64,000 bases of DNA from an uncultured Chloroflexia bacterium (GTDB taxonomy: Bacteria > Chloroflexota > UBA6077 > JACCZL01): positions 256,001 to 320,000 of the forward strand of contig CAVXYC010000020.1 of NCBI GenBank assembly GCA_963765765.1. Reading direction: 5' to 3'. Positions 22,323 through 32,454 of the stretch are shown here, one piece after another. Position 1 is the first letter of the stretch. Each line of letters begins with the position of its first letter. The notes under the pieces were generated by a model that was given only the letters and a program-made list of their open reading frames with translations, ran no database searches and was not told the origin of the DNA. Position numbers and translations under genes: made by a program.

Positions 22323-22968
22323 ATGCAGTTCGGACGTTCGGTTCAGCACTCCCTGATACCAATCGGCATCGTCATCATCGGCGTTGTCATTCTTGTATCA
22401 GTCATCTCTATCCTGGAGCGGCACGCATCTGCCATAGGGGCCAGCGGCAGCGTGCAGTTTACGGTGAACACCACGGCGGCTGCGTTGGCCGCGACGCTGG
22501 GAATCCTTCTGGCCTGGGTGTTGTTGACCGTGCAGCTTACCGCCCAGCGGTTCACCTTCAACATCGTTGACATTGTGCTGCCCAGCCCAATCAACATGGG
22601 CATCATCCTCCTGTGCGTCGTCTCGATCGAATACAGCCTCTGGATCTCCAACGAATAGAGAACATCGGCGATGTTGGTCGTAGCACAGTGAATCTTGCGG
22701 ACGCCGCCACCGCGCGACGTTCAATTTGGGCACTGCACGTAACCGTTTACGACTATCTGGAGATAAAAGGCAGCCTTCCGACTGAGTGGTTCAGCGCGGA
22801 GTCATAGATCATCCGCGGGAGGCACGAAGCCACCCTGGAGCAGATCCGCCAGACCGGTAGCTGGATCAAGCGCCGTGTCGCGGAAGAGCTCCAGGATCTG
22901 TTCAACGCCGCGCTGCTCGCACGCATGCATGACATCACCCACACCGTGGCTCAATCACTGCGCTACTG
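22323..22968 (+). pseudogene. Decayed DUF2254-like membrane protein remnant
   Basis: TM stretch with LTVQLTAQRFT, then in-frame stops (22656, 22805) and apparent deletions; later fragments still read like protein. Confidence 0.45.
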
Positions 22969-23517
22969 AGACCCGCACTACCGCAATGCATGCTTGATTC
23001 AGCACCGCGAAGCTTTGCAATTGTCCTACTGGTGAGAGTGAGCGATCGCTAGGTCAACCACCGTGAGCCTGTGCGCGAAGCCGCCCGCGCGAAGAACATC
23101 AGGATCGATACGTTTTGCTCGAATCGTCTGACCATCGCGGCCAACCACGGTCAAACGCATGTCGCCCACTCCACGGGTAGTGAATCGTGCGTCAACATCG
23201 ACAATGGAACCAGGAACAATTGGATCGCTCTCGGCTGAGATCTTGTTGTCTTTCAGCGAACGACGATGTCGTCATCAGTTCGATTGGTCACGTGGAGGCG
23301 CACAGGTACCGGAGATCACACGTCGCCGCTCGTGCATCCGCCAAGCATACCTGTGCGACCGGCGACTGCAGCAATCAAAAGACAAGCCCGCATTGATCTC
23401 GCGCGCATGACGATGACCGCCATTATAGAGATGCTTTCGCAGAGATCAACGAATTCGGATGGGCTTCACGGCACGCCTCTCGCGATGAATCTCCAGGCGA
23501 CCACAAACTGGTCTCGC

Positions 23518-24183
23518 TCAGGGGCGATTCCAGATGTCGAGGATTGCATCGGATGTCGTGACGGCATCCTGATAGCGGAGAAGCGTGGCAATGCTCTTGA
23601 GTCCCCGTTCATGGTCAGCCTGGACAGTGGAGGCGACACAATCACCGGCCACCGCCACATAGTAATCGTAGCTAGCGGCATCTCGAGCAGTGCATTCCAC
23701 GCAGCCCTGTGTCACCACGCCAACGACGACGATCGTCTTGATGCCGTTCGCGCGAAGGTACAGGTCCAGGTCTGTTCCGACGAACGACGAGAGTCGCCGC
23801 TTTTCCACAACCAGATCGCGCTCTTCGTTGTAGGGAAGGTCCGCCACGAGCTCATGGCCCCAGGTCCCTTTGATTGTCGCTTGGACGCCGGCGAAGTTGA
23901 GGCCGCGCCGTAGTATCTCCGGCCCTGAGAGACCGGCATTACCGGGGCCAACGCTGTACTTTGTGAAGACCACCGGGACATTGAGCTCATGAGCGCGCTC
24001 GAGTAGCGCATGCATGGGACTCACGATCGCCGGAATAGCGGAAATATCCCGCCCGTTCTTATCGCTCGCACCGCCGGGTGAACAGTAGTCATTCTGCATA
24101 TCCACCACGATCACTGCCGTGTGCCCCGGCTGCACGCGCTCCTTGAGCGTGGTGAGGACTTCGATTCCTGACCGTACTTCCAT
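23518..24183 (-). CDS. Isochorismatase-family cysteine hydrolase (RutB-like)
   Basis: VVDMQNDY, EKRRLSSF.GT.L, GVVTQGCVECTAR (D-K-C triad). Confidence 0.9.
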   Translation of the reverse strand: MEVRSGIEVLTTLKERVQPGHTAVIVVDMQNDYCSPGGASDKNGRDISAIPAIVSPMHALLERAHELNVPVVFTKYSVGPGNAGLSGPEILRRGLNFAGVQATIKGTWGHELVADLPYNEERDLVVEKRRLSSFVGTDLDLYLRANGIKTIVVVGVVTQGCVECTARDAASYDYYVAVAGDCVASTVQADHERGLKSIATLLRYQDAVTTSDAILDIWNRP

Positions 24184-24241
24184 GCTTGCTTCCCTCTGGA
24201 ATTGAATCGGCGAAGATGGACTTCGAAAGCGTCAAATGCAA

Positions 24242-24268
24242 ACGCCCCAACGGAGGCCGTTGGGGCGT
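24242..24268 (-). terminator. Hairpin between the Rieske oxygenase and the hydrolase
   Basis: ACGCCCCAACGG-agg-CCGTTGGGGCGT, weak T-tail on the minus strand. Confidence 0.45.
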
Positions 24269-24289
24269 GGATTCGATCACCGCGGCTTC

Positions 24290-25597
24290 TTAACCCGCGG
24301 GCTCAAGCTCCCGCTCAGCAGCCGGATACATTAACGGCAGCAGCACATCCGGCCAGGCCTGCTCGTCTGGAACGATGCGCTCGATAGCCCGGACTGTGTA
24401 GTAGCTGGTGCCGACTCCGGGCGGGTTGCCGCCCGCTTCAACTGTCTTAATGGCGTCAAGCAGCAATCGGCGCGTGGCTATGATTGCCTTATCCGCCGGA
24501 CCGAGCTTCTCGCGGGACCGGTCAACGATCCTGCCCATCGTCTCCTGGAGAGCGCGGTCCTGAGTATTCACCCCCGGGATACCGGTAAACGTCTCAGTCC
24601 GCTGCATTTGCCGATCGATGCGGTAATTGTTGGCGGCATGCGCGAAGGAACGGAACGTGTTCGGGTCCACGTATTCCGGGCCGTTACCGTTGTTCTTCTC
24701 CAATCGCTCGGTCTCACTGATCCCCGGATCGCTGCCATAGGAGTACATGAAGTTGTAGACCATGGTGGTGTAGTCGTCCATCGGCACCCAGAAGTGTCCC
24801 GGGCCATACTCGCGTATGTTGTCTCCCGACCTATCTCCACCCTGGAACTGTGCGGGACGTAGCTGGGTCCACGGCATCACGTAGTGGTAGCCGCGCACAT
24901 ACTTGCCGCCCTCACGTAGCTCGCGGACACCGAAGTAGCGGTAGCCGTAGTCAGTGAAATCGACTTCGAGTGTGGGCGCCTTGCCTTGAACGAACGGCGA
25001 ATTGAGGGCGACGCCTGGCACCGTGCTATTCCGGTTGATGTTTCGGTGCAGGATCGGCGCGTGAGAAGTATCGATCCCGCCCTCGAGCGCCTGCAGCCAA
25101 TTGCATTCTTCAATGACCTTGGAGACGTGCCGGTGGCTGTCAGGTGCCATAGCCCACTCAAACCGCGGTAAAGGAGGCATCTTCTCGCGCGGCCCCATGT
25201 AGGCCCAGATAATCCCGCCGGTCTCCACCGTCGGATACGAGGTGACCTTGACCTTGTCCGTGAAAGGAACCGGCTCATTCATCTGCTCAACGCAGTTGCC
25301 ATCCACGTCGAACTTCCAGCCGTGATAGACGCACCGAAGGCCGTGCTCTTCGTTACGGCCGAACCAGAGTGAGGCCAGCCGGTGCGGACATGACTCATCA
25401 ACGAGTCCGACCTTTCCGCTGGTATCACGGAAGGCTACGAGATTCTCTCCTAGCAGCTTGACCCGAATGGGCTCGCAGTCTGGGGCGGGCAGCTCTCGGG
25501 AGAGAGGCCCTGGAATCCAATATCGCCGTAGGACTTCGCCCATCGGTGTACGGGGTCCTACTCGTGTGACGAGCTCGTTCTCTTCACGGCTGAGCAT
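24290..25597 (-). CDS. Rieske non-heme iron oxygenase, phthalate 4,5-dioxygenase/LigXa-like
   Basis: CPHR...CVYHGWKF Rieske motif; NWLQALEGGIDTSH..LH and QD iron ligands. Confidence 0.9.
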   Translation of the reverse strand: MLSREENELVTRVGPRTPMGEVLRRYWIPGPLSRELPAPDCEPIRVKLLGENLVAFRDTSGKVGLVDESCPHRLASLWFGRNEEHGLRCVYHGWKFDVDGNCVEQMNEPVPFTDKVKVTSYPTVETGGIIWAYMGPREKMPPLPRFEWAMAPDSHRHVSKVIEECNWLQALEGGIDTSHAPILHRNINRNSTVPGVALNSPFVQGKAPTLEVDFTDYGYRYFGVRELREGGKYVRGYHYVMPWTQLRPAQFQGGDRSGDNIREYGPGHFWVPMDDYTTMVYNFMYSYGSDPGISETERLEKNNGNGPEYVDPNTFRSFAHAANNYRIDRQMQRTETFTGIPGVNTQDRALQETMGRIVDRSREKLGPADKAIIATRRLLLDAIKTVEAGGNPPGVGTSYYTVRAIERIVPDEQAWPDVLLPLMYPAAERELEPAG

Positions 25598-25700
25598 GGC
25601 AACTCCTCTATAGCGCCAGGATCATACGGCTGATGAATAGCAGGATCTAAAAGAGTATAGTGCGTTCCGCGGAGGAACAGTGTCTCGACGACTCCTGGAC

Positions 25701-27566
25701 CTACCGCGGCTTGTTGCGAGCCGATCGACGCTGGTCGGCGTTCAGTATGCGCTTGCGGAGCCGAAGCGACTTGGGCGTTACTTCCAGGAGCTCGTCGTCA
25801 GCCAGAAAGTCGAGCGCGTCCTCGAGACTCAAGCGAACCGGTGGTGAGAGCCGGACCGCGATATCGGCCGTCGACTGTCGAACGTTGGTCTGCTTCTTCT
25901 CTTTGGCGACATTGATAGGCAGATCGTCTTCACGCGGCTGCTGACCAACGATCATGCCCTCATAGATGTCTGTGCCAGGCTCGATGAAGGTGACTCCGCG
26001 CTCCTGGGCGTTATTGAGTCCGAAAGTTGTTGCCGTGCCCGTCTGCGCCGCGACCAGGGCTCCGCTTCGAAGGTTTGCAACCTCCCCCGCAAACGGGCGG
26101 AAGCCGTCAAGGATGCTCGAAACCATGACATTACCACGGGTGGCTGTAAGTAGTCGGTTTCGCAGCCCGATGAGTCCACGGGTGGGGATTCGATATTCCT
26201 GCCGAACGGTGCCACGACCATCGTTGATCACGTTCTGCATGATTGCTAGACGGCGCCCAACCATCTCCGTCACCGTGCCAACGTATTCTTCGGACGTAGA
26301 GATAGTGAGCCACTCCACGGGCTCCACCAAGACTCCGTCTTCTCGATGCAGAATCGCCTCGGGTCGTGAGACCTGAAACTCAAATCCCTCACGTCGAAGC
26401 GTCTCGATGAGAATGGAAAGGTGAAGCTCACCGCGGCCCGAGACCATGAATACGTCTGGCGACTCGGTTTCAGCCACGCGTAGGGCGACGTTAGTTTCAA
26501 GCTCGCGCCAGAGGCGTGAGCGGATCTCTCGCGAAGTCAAAAACTTTCCTTCGCGCCCCGCGAACGGTCCAGAATTGACGCCAAACGTCATGCGAACGGT
26601 GGGATCCTCGATCTCGATTGGGGGGAGAGCGTCTGGCGCCATGGCGTCGGCCACCGTCTGACCGATGCTGACACCGCTGACCCCAGCGAGCGCCACGATG
26701 TCACCAGCCGATGCCTCTTCGATGGGGTCTCGTCGCAATCCATCGAATCGGAAGAGCGCACTGATGCGGAATTTCGCGATACTGCCATCAGGTTGCGGCA
26801 CGCCAATGTTCATGGCGTTCCGAATCACACCTCGTGACACGCGGCCGCTAAGGATGGTCCCGAGATGATTGTCATAGTCCAGATTGGACACGAGCATCTG
26901 CAGGGTGCCTTGATCAGGCACCTTCGGCGCCGGGACAGTTCTCAAAATCTCCTCGAAGAGTGGCTCAAGGTCTGGCCCAATCTCATCCGGATGGAGTCCT
27001 GCACGTCCCTCACGCCCGATGGCATAGATCACCGGGAAGTCGAGCTGCTCAGCCTCTGTGGCGAGCTCCAGGAAAAGATCTTGCGTCTCATGAATGACTT
27101 CGTCGACACGCGCATCCTTGCGGTCGCACTTGTTGATGACAACGATAGCCTTGAGACCCAGCGCAAGCGCCTTACGCAAGACGTAGCGAGTTTGGGGCAT
27201 CGGGCCTTCCGCCGCGTCGACTAATAGCAAGCAGCCATCGGCCATGTGGAGCACTCGCTCCACTTCGCCGGAGAAATCAGCGTGTCCCGGGGTATCGATG
27301 ATGTTGATTCGCACGTCGTGCCACACGACGCCGGTCTGCTTGGCAAGGATCGTGATGCCACGCTCCCGTTCGAGCTGGTTGCTGTCCATCACCAGGTCCG
27401 TCACCTGCTGATGCGCTCGGAATACGTGGGCCTGTCTGAGGAGGTGATCGACCAAGGTCGTTTTACCGTGATCGACGTGGGCTATGATGGCGAGATTGCG
27501 GAGATCGGATCGTGTAGTCAATGAGCCTGAGGAAATGGGGAGATTAGTCTCTTCAACAATTTGCAT
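25701..27566 (-). CDS. typA: Translational GTPase TypA/BipA
   Basis: [46 protein letters not shown]. Confidence 0.96.
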   Translation of the reverse strand: MQIVEETNLPISSGSLTTRSDLRNLAIIAHVDHGKTTLVDHLLRQAHVFRAHQQVTDLVMDSNQLERERGITILAKQTGVVWHDVRINIIDTPGHADFSGEVERVLHMADGCLLLVDAAEGPMPQTRYVLRKALALGLKAIVVINKCDRKDARVDEVIHETQDLFLELATEAEQLDFPVIYAIGREGRAGLHPDEIGPDLEPLFEEILRTVPAPKVPDQGTLQMLVSNLDYDNHLGTILSGRVSRGVIRNAMNIGVPQPDGSIAKFRISALFRFDGLRRDPIEEASAGDIVALAGVSGVSIGQTVADAMAPDALPPIEIEDPTVRMTFGVNSGPFAGREGKFLTSREIRSRLWRELETNVALRVAETESPDVFMVSGRGELHLSILIETLRREGFEFQVSRPEAILHREDGVLVEPVEWLTISTSEEYVGTVTEMVGRRLAIMQNVINDGRGTVRQEYRIPTRGLIGLRNRLLTATRGNVMVSSILDGFRPFAGEVANLRSGALVAAQTGTATTFGLNNAQERGVTFIEPGTDIYEGMIVGQQPREDDLPINVAKEKKQTNVRQSTADIAVRLSPPVRLSLEDALDFLADDELLEVTPKSLRLRKRILNADQRRSARNKPR

Positions 27567-27706
27567 ACAATCTGTCAATATAACAGATCGATTGGGCCGA
27601 CTCTTTTGGAACATCCACCGGCTGATACTCGTCTTACCTCACGAGTATGGTCGAATCACTTCTCGCGACGTGCTGAAAATCGACCTCTCGGGAGACTCTA
27701 AGAGGG

Positions 27707-28054
27707 ATGATGAGTAACATGGGACTGATCGCAGCGGGGTTGATTCTCGCGTTACTGCTGGGGCTTGCCATGGTTATCACAGCAGGCGTGTTCAATCTCG
27801 CGTTGACACTCTTCATGGCGGGCTTGATCGGGTGGGCAGCTGACCTGGTGGTACCCGGCGAGCTGCCCGGCGGCTGGATCGGCGCCGTCCTCACGGGCAT
27901 AATTGGTGGCCTCATAGGCCGATTGATCCTCGGTGAGCTTGGGCCGCATCTCTTTGGCTATCACGTTATTCCAGCGTTCGTTGGCGCAGTCGTCGTGGCA
28001 TTGGCGGCCCATCTCCTGCTGGGCAACCGATCGCGTCGATCGTTCGGGCGGTAA
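27707..28054 (+). CDS. GlsB/YeaQ/YmgE (transglycosylase-associated) membrane protein
   Basis: IGW.A..VVPG..PGG.IG....GIIG..IG...PAFVGAVV. Confidence 0.85.
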   Translation: MMSNMGLIAAGLILALLLGLAMVITAGVFNLALTLFMAGLIGWAADLVVPGELPGGWIGAVLTGIIGGLIGRLILGELGPHLFGYHVIPAFVGAVVVALAAHLLLGNRSRRSFGR

Positions 28055-28071
28055 GCAACTGAATGAGCGGC

Positions 28072-28935
28072 TCAGGCGACAATCTCGGCTAACCGATCGA
28101 CCTCACTGATATCGTCCGAGCCGGAATAGAGCACCACTTCATCCACGCCGATATCCTCGAATTCTTTGAGGAGATTTTTGATCGCCGCGGGGCTACTGGG
28201 GAAGGCACGAGCCATTGTTTCCGCCACTGGACCGAGAAATCTGTACCAGTCCTCTAGTGACTTGACCGTGGCGGCGACCGCCTCAGGAGTGATCCCAAAA
28301 TAAGAAAGCGCGACGAACCGCGGCGTGCCAGGATGACCCGCTTCCTTGCGGTGCTCCATGACGATATCGAAGTTGGTCCTGGCCCGCGAGGGGCCTCCGC
28401 CGCCTGACATGAACGCGTAGCCAAGCCGACCAATCCTCTGGAGCGCGGCCGGGCTGGATGCTCCAAGAATGATCGCGGGACCGCCTGGTTGAACGGGCGG
28501 CGGGCCAACTGGATCGATGCCTTCGACCGGCGGCTCGCCGCTCCAGATACGGTGCATGAGTGCCAGTCCCCGTTCAAACTTTGCACCACGCTGGCGGAAC
28601 TCTTCAGGTGTGGCCAGATAATCATCTTCCCGCCCGCCAATGCCTAGACCGAGCGTAAGTCGGCCGTCTGACAAGGCGTCGACGCTGGCGGCCTGCTTTG
28701 CCAGCATCCCTGCACCGCGCAGCGGTAGGAGGAGCACGGTGGGCATGAGCCGCACCCGTCTGGTCACGGCCGCCGCCGCCGCCAGCGTGACCATGGGCTC
28801 GTAGTTCTGCTGAACGACGCGGTCAACGACTCCGAGACTCGAGAATGGCCCCGAGTCAGCCTTGATTGCCCACTCCACGATTCGCTCGCCCTTGACGCCG
28901 GCCACGGCGGACGGCAGTCCGATTCCAACTTGCAT
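28072..28935 (-). CDS. LLM-class flavin/F420-dependent oxidoreductase
   Basis: EPMVTLAAAAAVTRRVRL, LAKQAASVDALSDGRLTLGLGIG. Confidence 0.9.
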   Translation of the reverse strand: MQVGIGLPSAVAGVKGERIVEWAIKADSGPFSSLGVVDRVVQQNYEPMVTLAAAAAVTRRVRLMPTVLLLPLRGAGMLAKQAASVDALSDGRLTLGLGIGGREDDYLATPEEFRQRGAKFERGLALMHRIWSGEPPVEGIDPVGPPPVQPGGPAIILGASSPAALQRIGRLGYAFMSGGGGPSRARTNFDIVMEHRKEAGHPGTPRFVALSYFGITPEAVAATVKSLEDWYRFLGPVAETMARAFPSSPAAIKNLLKEFEDIGVDEVVLYSGSDDISEVDRLAEIVA

Positions 28936-28965
28936 TGAGCCTTCTCCATCGCATGAGTTTGCACG

Positions 28966-29123
28966 AACGCGTGTGGTGACTGCTTCGGCGCTTTTTCGTT
29001 CACGGAAAGCCAGCGAAGCGAGGCGGCCCGCGAGATCTGATATTGGCACCGAGCACGCCGGTCGGATCGCTCCGCTGGCTCGCGCTGATCGAGAAAAGCG
29101 CTGAAGCAGTCACTACACGCGTT
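28966..29123. repeat. ~158-bp nested inverted repeat (GTAG-type REP doublet-like)
   Basis: AACGCGTGTGGTGACTGCTTCGGCGCTTTT pairs with AAAAGCGCTGAAGCAGTCACTACACGCGTT; inner AGCCAGCGAAGCGA pairs with TCGCTCCGCTGGCT. Confidence 0.7.
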
Positions 29124-29126
29124 TAG

Positions 29127-29879
29127 CTAAACCACCCGGCGCGGTCCGTTCCGCGCGGCTTCGCGGTAGAGATGGTAAAGCAGAATCGAGCCAGCGACGG
29201 ACGCGTTGAGCGACTCAACGGACTTCTCGATTGGCAGGCGAACGAGCATGTCGCACTCCTTCGCCAGAAGATCACCCAGGCCGCGGCCTTCTGCCCCTAC
29301 AATGATGACGAGCGGGCCGGTCAGGTTGGTGTGGTCATAACGGTCCCGAGCATCGCCATCGAGACCCACCACCCAAAAGCCGATTTGCTTGAGCGTGGCT
29401 ACGGCCTGCCGAAGATTCGGCGTCTGCACGATCGGCAAGCGAAGGGCAGCGCCGGCAGATGCCTTGACTACCGCGGGAGTCACCCCGGCCGCGCGGTGTT
29501 CGGGGATGATGATCGCCCGTACGCCTGTGGCCGCAGCCGTGCGGATGAGCGCGCCGAGATTGCCCGGATCCTGGATTGAATCGAGCATGAGCACCCTATC
29601 CATGTCAGTCGGCGTGCCGAGCATCTCCACCAGGTCGCCGAGCGAAAGCACCCGCGCGGGTCTGATCTCAGCGATAACGCCTTGATGGTTGCCGGTTCGC
29701 TGGTCAAGGACCGTTCGATCTACGAGCTCAATCTCCACGTCATGCTCGCGAGCTAACTGAATGATCTGATCGATCGGTAGGCCGTGGGCGCTGCGCGCGA
29801 CGAGGATTCGAGTCACCGGCGCCCCTGCGGTCAGCGCCTCGCGAATAGCATTGCGGCCGTAAATCCAGTCCCAGCTCAT
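29127..29879 (-). CDS. rlmB: 23S rRNA Gm2251 methyltransferase
   Basis: IYGRNA, HQGV, DPGNLGA, KASAGA, GAEG.G, SLNASVA. Confidence 0.93.
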   Translation of the reverse strand: MSWDWIYGRNAIREALTAGAPVTRILVARSAHGLPIDQIIQLAREHDVEIELVDRTVLDQRTGNHQGVIAEIRPARVLSLGDLVEMLGTPTDMDRVLMLDSIQDPGNLGALIRTAAATGVRAIIIPEHRAAGVTPAVVKASAGAALRLPIVQTPNLRQAVATLKQIGFWVVGLDGDARDRYDHTNLTGPLVIIVGAEGRGLGDLLAKECDMLVRLPIEKSVESLNASVAGSILLYHLYREAARNGPRRVV

Positions 29880-31273
29880 TCGCCCGGTCGAGCGTGTCTC
29901 CATGAGGAGCCCTCTGGTGAGTCCTCCACCACAATGCCGAGCTCCTTCAGGCGATCCCGAATCGTGTCGGAAAGCTCGAACTGGCGGGTGGCTCTGAGCG
30001 ACTGTCGAACGTCCAGCAGCAGCCCAACAAGTGCCGCCGACGCAGTGTTATCTTGTTTGCCTTCTGATGATGCAAGCAGGTCTATTCCGAGCACGCCAGC
30101 GAGATGAACGAGCGCATTCTGGCACTCCGCAACATCGGCTTCGTTTCCACCTTCTTCGCGCATTCGATTGATGTCTCGCGAGAGCTCGAACAAATGCCCG
30201 ATTGCTGCAGCGGAGTTGAAGTCGTCATCCATGGCAGACTCGAACGCATCCACGGCGGACCGGGCTCGTGCTGCGTTCCAGGGGGGCGGTGCTCCGGTGG
30301 CGCCCAGCACGGTCGATCGGAATCGCTCCAGGCCTCGGGCCGCACTCACCAATCCGTCCTCACCAAAGAGTAGAGATGATCGATAGTGTGTGGACAGGAG
30401 ATAGAGTCGCACGACCATGGGCTCATAAAGCTTCAGAGTATCGGCAACGGTGGTGAAGTTCTCCAATGAATGAGAGACTTTCTCCCCGCCAGTAGTGACC
30501 AAACCAACATGTGGCCAATACGCTGCGAAGGGCACTTTGCCGGTGAGTGCTTCACTTTGCGCGATCTCGTTCTCGTGGTGAGGAAAGATGAGATCCGCGC
30601 CGCCGGAGTGGATGTCGATCTGATCGCCGAGTGTCGCACGTGACATCGCGGAGCATTCAATGTGCCAGCCTGGGCGTCCTCTTCCCCAGGGGCTATCCCA
30701 ACTAGGCTCATCCAGTTTGGCCGACTTCCAGAGAGCAAAATCACGCGGATCACGCTTGCCGGGCTCCAGCTCGACTCGGACACCTGTCCGTCCGCTCTCC
30801 TCAAAGCGACCGCTCAGCTTGCCGTAATCTTTGAACTTCGCCACGTCATACCAGACGTCGCCATCGGCCACGTACGCGTAGCCCTTATCGATCAATCCGT
30901 TCACGAACTCGATTATCTGGGACATGTATCCGCTGACGGTTGGAAATTCATGGGCACGCAAGATTCCGAGCGCGTCCATCACACTGAAGTACGAATCGCT
31001 GTAGCGGCGTGCAACTTCTTCGGCGCTGGCGCCTTCCTGACCGGCTCGAGCGATAATTTTGTCATCCACGTCAGTGAAGTTCTGGATGTGTCTCACGCTG
31101 TAGCCACGATATTCCAGATAGCGACGCATGATGTCCGCCGCCAGAAAAATGCGGGCGTGGCCAAGATGCGGATGGAACTTCGGTGTCATGCCGCAGACAT
31201 ACATGCTCACCTGGCTGCCTAGCGGGTGAAACTCCTCCTTGTTTTTGGAGAGCGTGCTGTAGACGCGCAGCAT
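29876..31273 (-). CDS. cysS: Cysteine--tRNA ligase (divergent motifs)
   Basis: YVCG, HLGH, NFTDVDDKII, DFALWK, GRPGWHIECSAM, FPHHENEIAQ, DDFN; own ATG with AGGAG RBS. Confidence 0.93.
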   Translation of the reverse strand: MLRVYSTLSKNKEEFHPLGSQVSMYVCGMTPKFHPHLGHARIFLAADIMRRYLEYRGYSVRHIQNFTDVDDKIIARAGQEGASAEEVARRYSDSYFSVMDALGILRAHEFPTVSGYMSQIIEFVNGLIDKGYAYVADGDVWYDVAKFKDYGKLSGRFEESGRTGVRVELEPGKRDPRDFALWKSAKLDEPSWDSPWGRGRPGWHIECSAMSRATLGDQIDIHSGGADLIFPHHENEIAQSEALTGKVPFAAYWPHVGLVTTGGEKVSHSLENFTTVADTLKLYEPMVVRLYLLSTHYRSSLLFGEDGLVSAARGLERFRSTVLGATGAPPPWNAARARSAVDAFESAMDDDFNSAAAIGHLFELSRDINRMREEGGNEADVAECQNALVHLAGVLGIDLLASSEGKQDNTASAALVGLLLDVRQSLRATRQFELSDTIRDRLKELGIVVEDSPEGSSWRHARPGE

Positions 31274-31762
31274 TAACCAGGTTCTCCTCTTTTGAATCAG
31301 CACCACGGCCAAAGCCCCCACGCCCTCCGCTCGTCCAAACGCACCCAGGTGATCCGTAGTCGTGGCCTTGATTCCAATCCTACCTGTCTCAACCTTGAGC
31401 CGCTCAGCCACAGCCGCTCGCATTGCGGGTACAAACTCACTCAACCGTGGCTCCTGCGCCACAATCGTGATGTCCGCGTTTATGAAATGCCACCGCCGCT
31501 CGCGTAGGTCACGGACAACCGCGTCCAGTAGATCGAGACTATTCGCGCCTGCATACCGGGGATCGGATGACGGAAATCGTTGACCTATATCCGGCATTGC
31601 AGCTGCACCGAGAAGCGCATCAATTAAGGCGTGAACCGCGGGATCACCGTCCGAGTGCCCCTCGAGTCCGCGGTCATGGGGAACCACAGTCCCGCCAACG
31701 ACCAGTCGGCGTCCTTCCGCGAATGCGTGTACGTCAATACCGGACCCAACTCGAATGTCCAT
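31273..31762 (-). CDS. ispF: 2-C-methyl-D-erythritol 2,4-cyclodiphosphate synthase (in frame with cysS in this assembly)
   Basis: G.DVHAF, GHSDGD, DALLGA, DIG..FP, KATT. Confidence 0.92.
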
Positions 31763-31767
31763 TCTTT

Positions 31768-32454
31768 TTATGACAACCCCGAATGGTCCGCTCGCCGACG
31801 GGCGAATTCGCCCATGAGTGCGAGGTCGGCCGGATACGTCAGTTTGAAATTGTCCACCTGGCCCTGGAACGTATACACGATTCCGCCCAGGGACTCGATC
31901 AGCCCTGCCTCATCGGTCACGTCATCGTCGCTCACACTGAGAGCCCAGACCAGGAGGCTTCTGCGGAATACCTGGGGAGTCTGGACGAGTCTGAGCGACG
32001 TACGATCCAACGTTTCCACAACACGTGAACCGTCAACGCGCTTGATCGTATCGGTAAGGGGAAGAACGGGAACCGCAGCACCAGACGCCTGAGCGGCATC
32101 CAATCCAGCTGAGACCAACGCCGCTGAAACCAGCGGTCGAGCTGCGTCGTGAACGACAACCCATTCCAAGTCTGGCAACGCCAGGAGGCCGGCCATGACC
32201 GAATCTCGGCGCCTGGCACCGCCGGACACAACCGTGGCCTCGATGCCGAGCTCCGTAATGAGCGCTTCCACACGTCCTGTTGTCTCCGACGTCGCCACGA
32301 CCACCATGTGGTTAGGCTGCGAACGAGCTATCTCGAGCATGGACCAGGCCAGCACTGACCGTCCTTCCAGTTCGGCCCATAGCTTGTCGAAACCCATGCG
32401 CTCCGAGCGGCCCGCGGCGACGATGATCGCTCCGATGGCTCCACCGGTTGTCAT
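31768..32454 (-). CDS. ispD: 2-C-methyl-D-erythritol 4-phosphate cytidylyltransferase
   Basis: AAG.S.RMG.DK, VHDAARP, DTIK, QTPQVF, TDEA, NFKLT.P.DL. Confidence 0.95.
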   Translation of the reverse strand: MTTGGAIGAIIVAAGRSERMGFDKLWAELEGRSVLAWSMLEIARSQPNHMVVVATSETTGRVEALITELGIEATVVSGGARRRDSVMAGLLALPDLEWVVVHDAARPLVSAALVSAGLDAAQASGAAVPVLPLTDTIKRVDGSRVVETLDRTSLRLVQTPQVFRRSLLVWALSVSDDDVTDEAGLIESLGGIVYTFQGQVDNFKLTYPADLALMGEFARRRADHSGLS

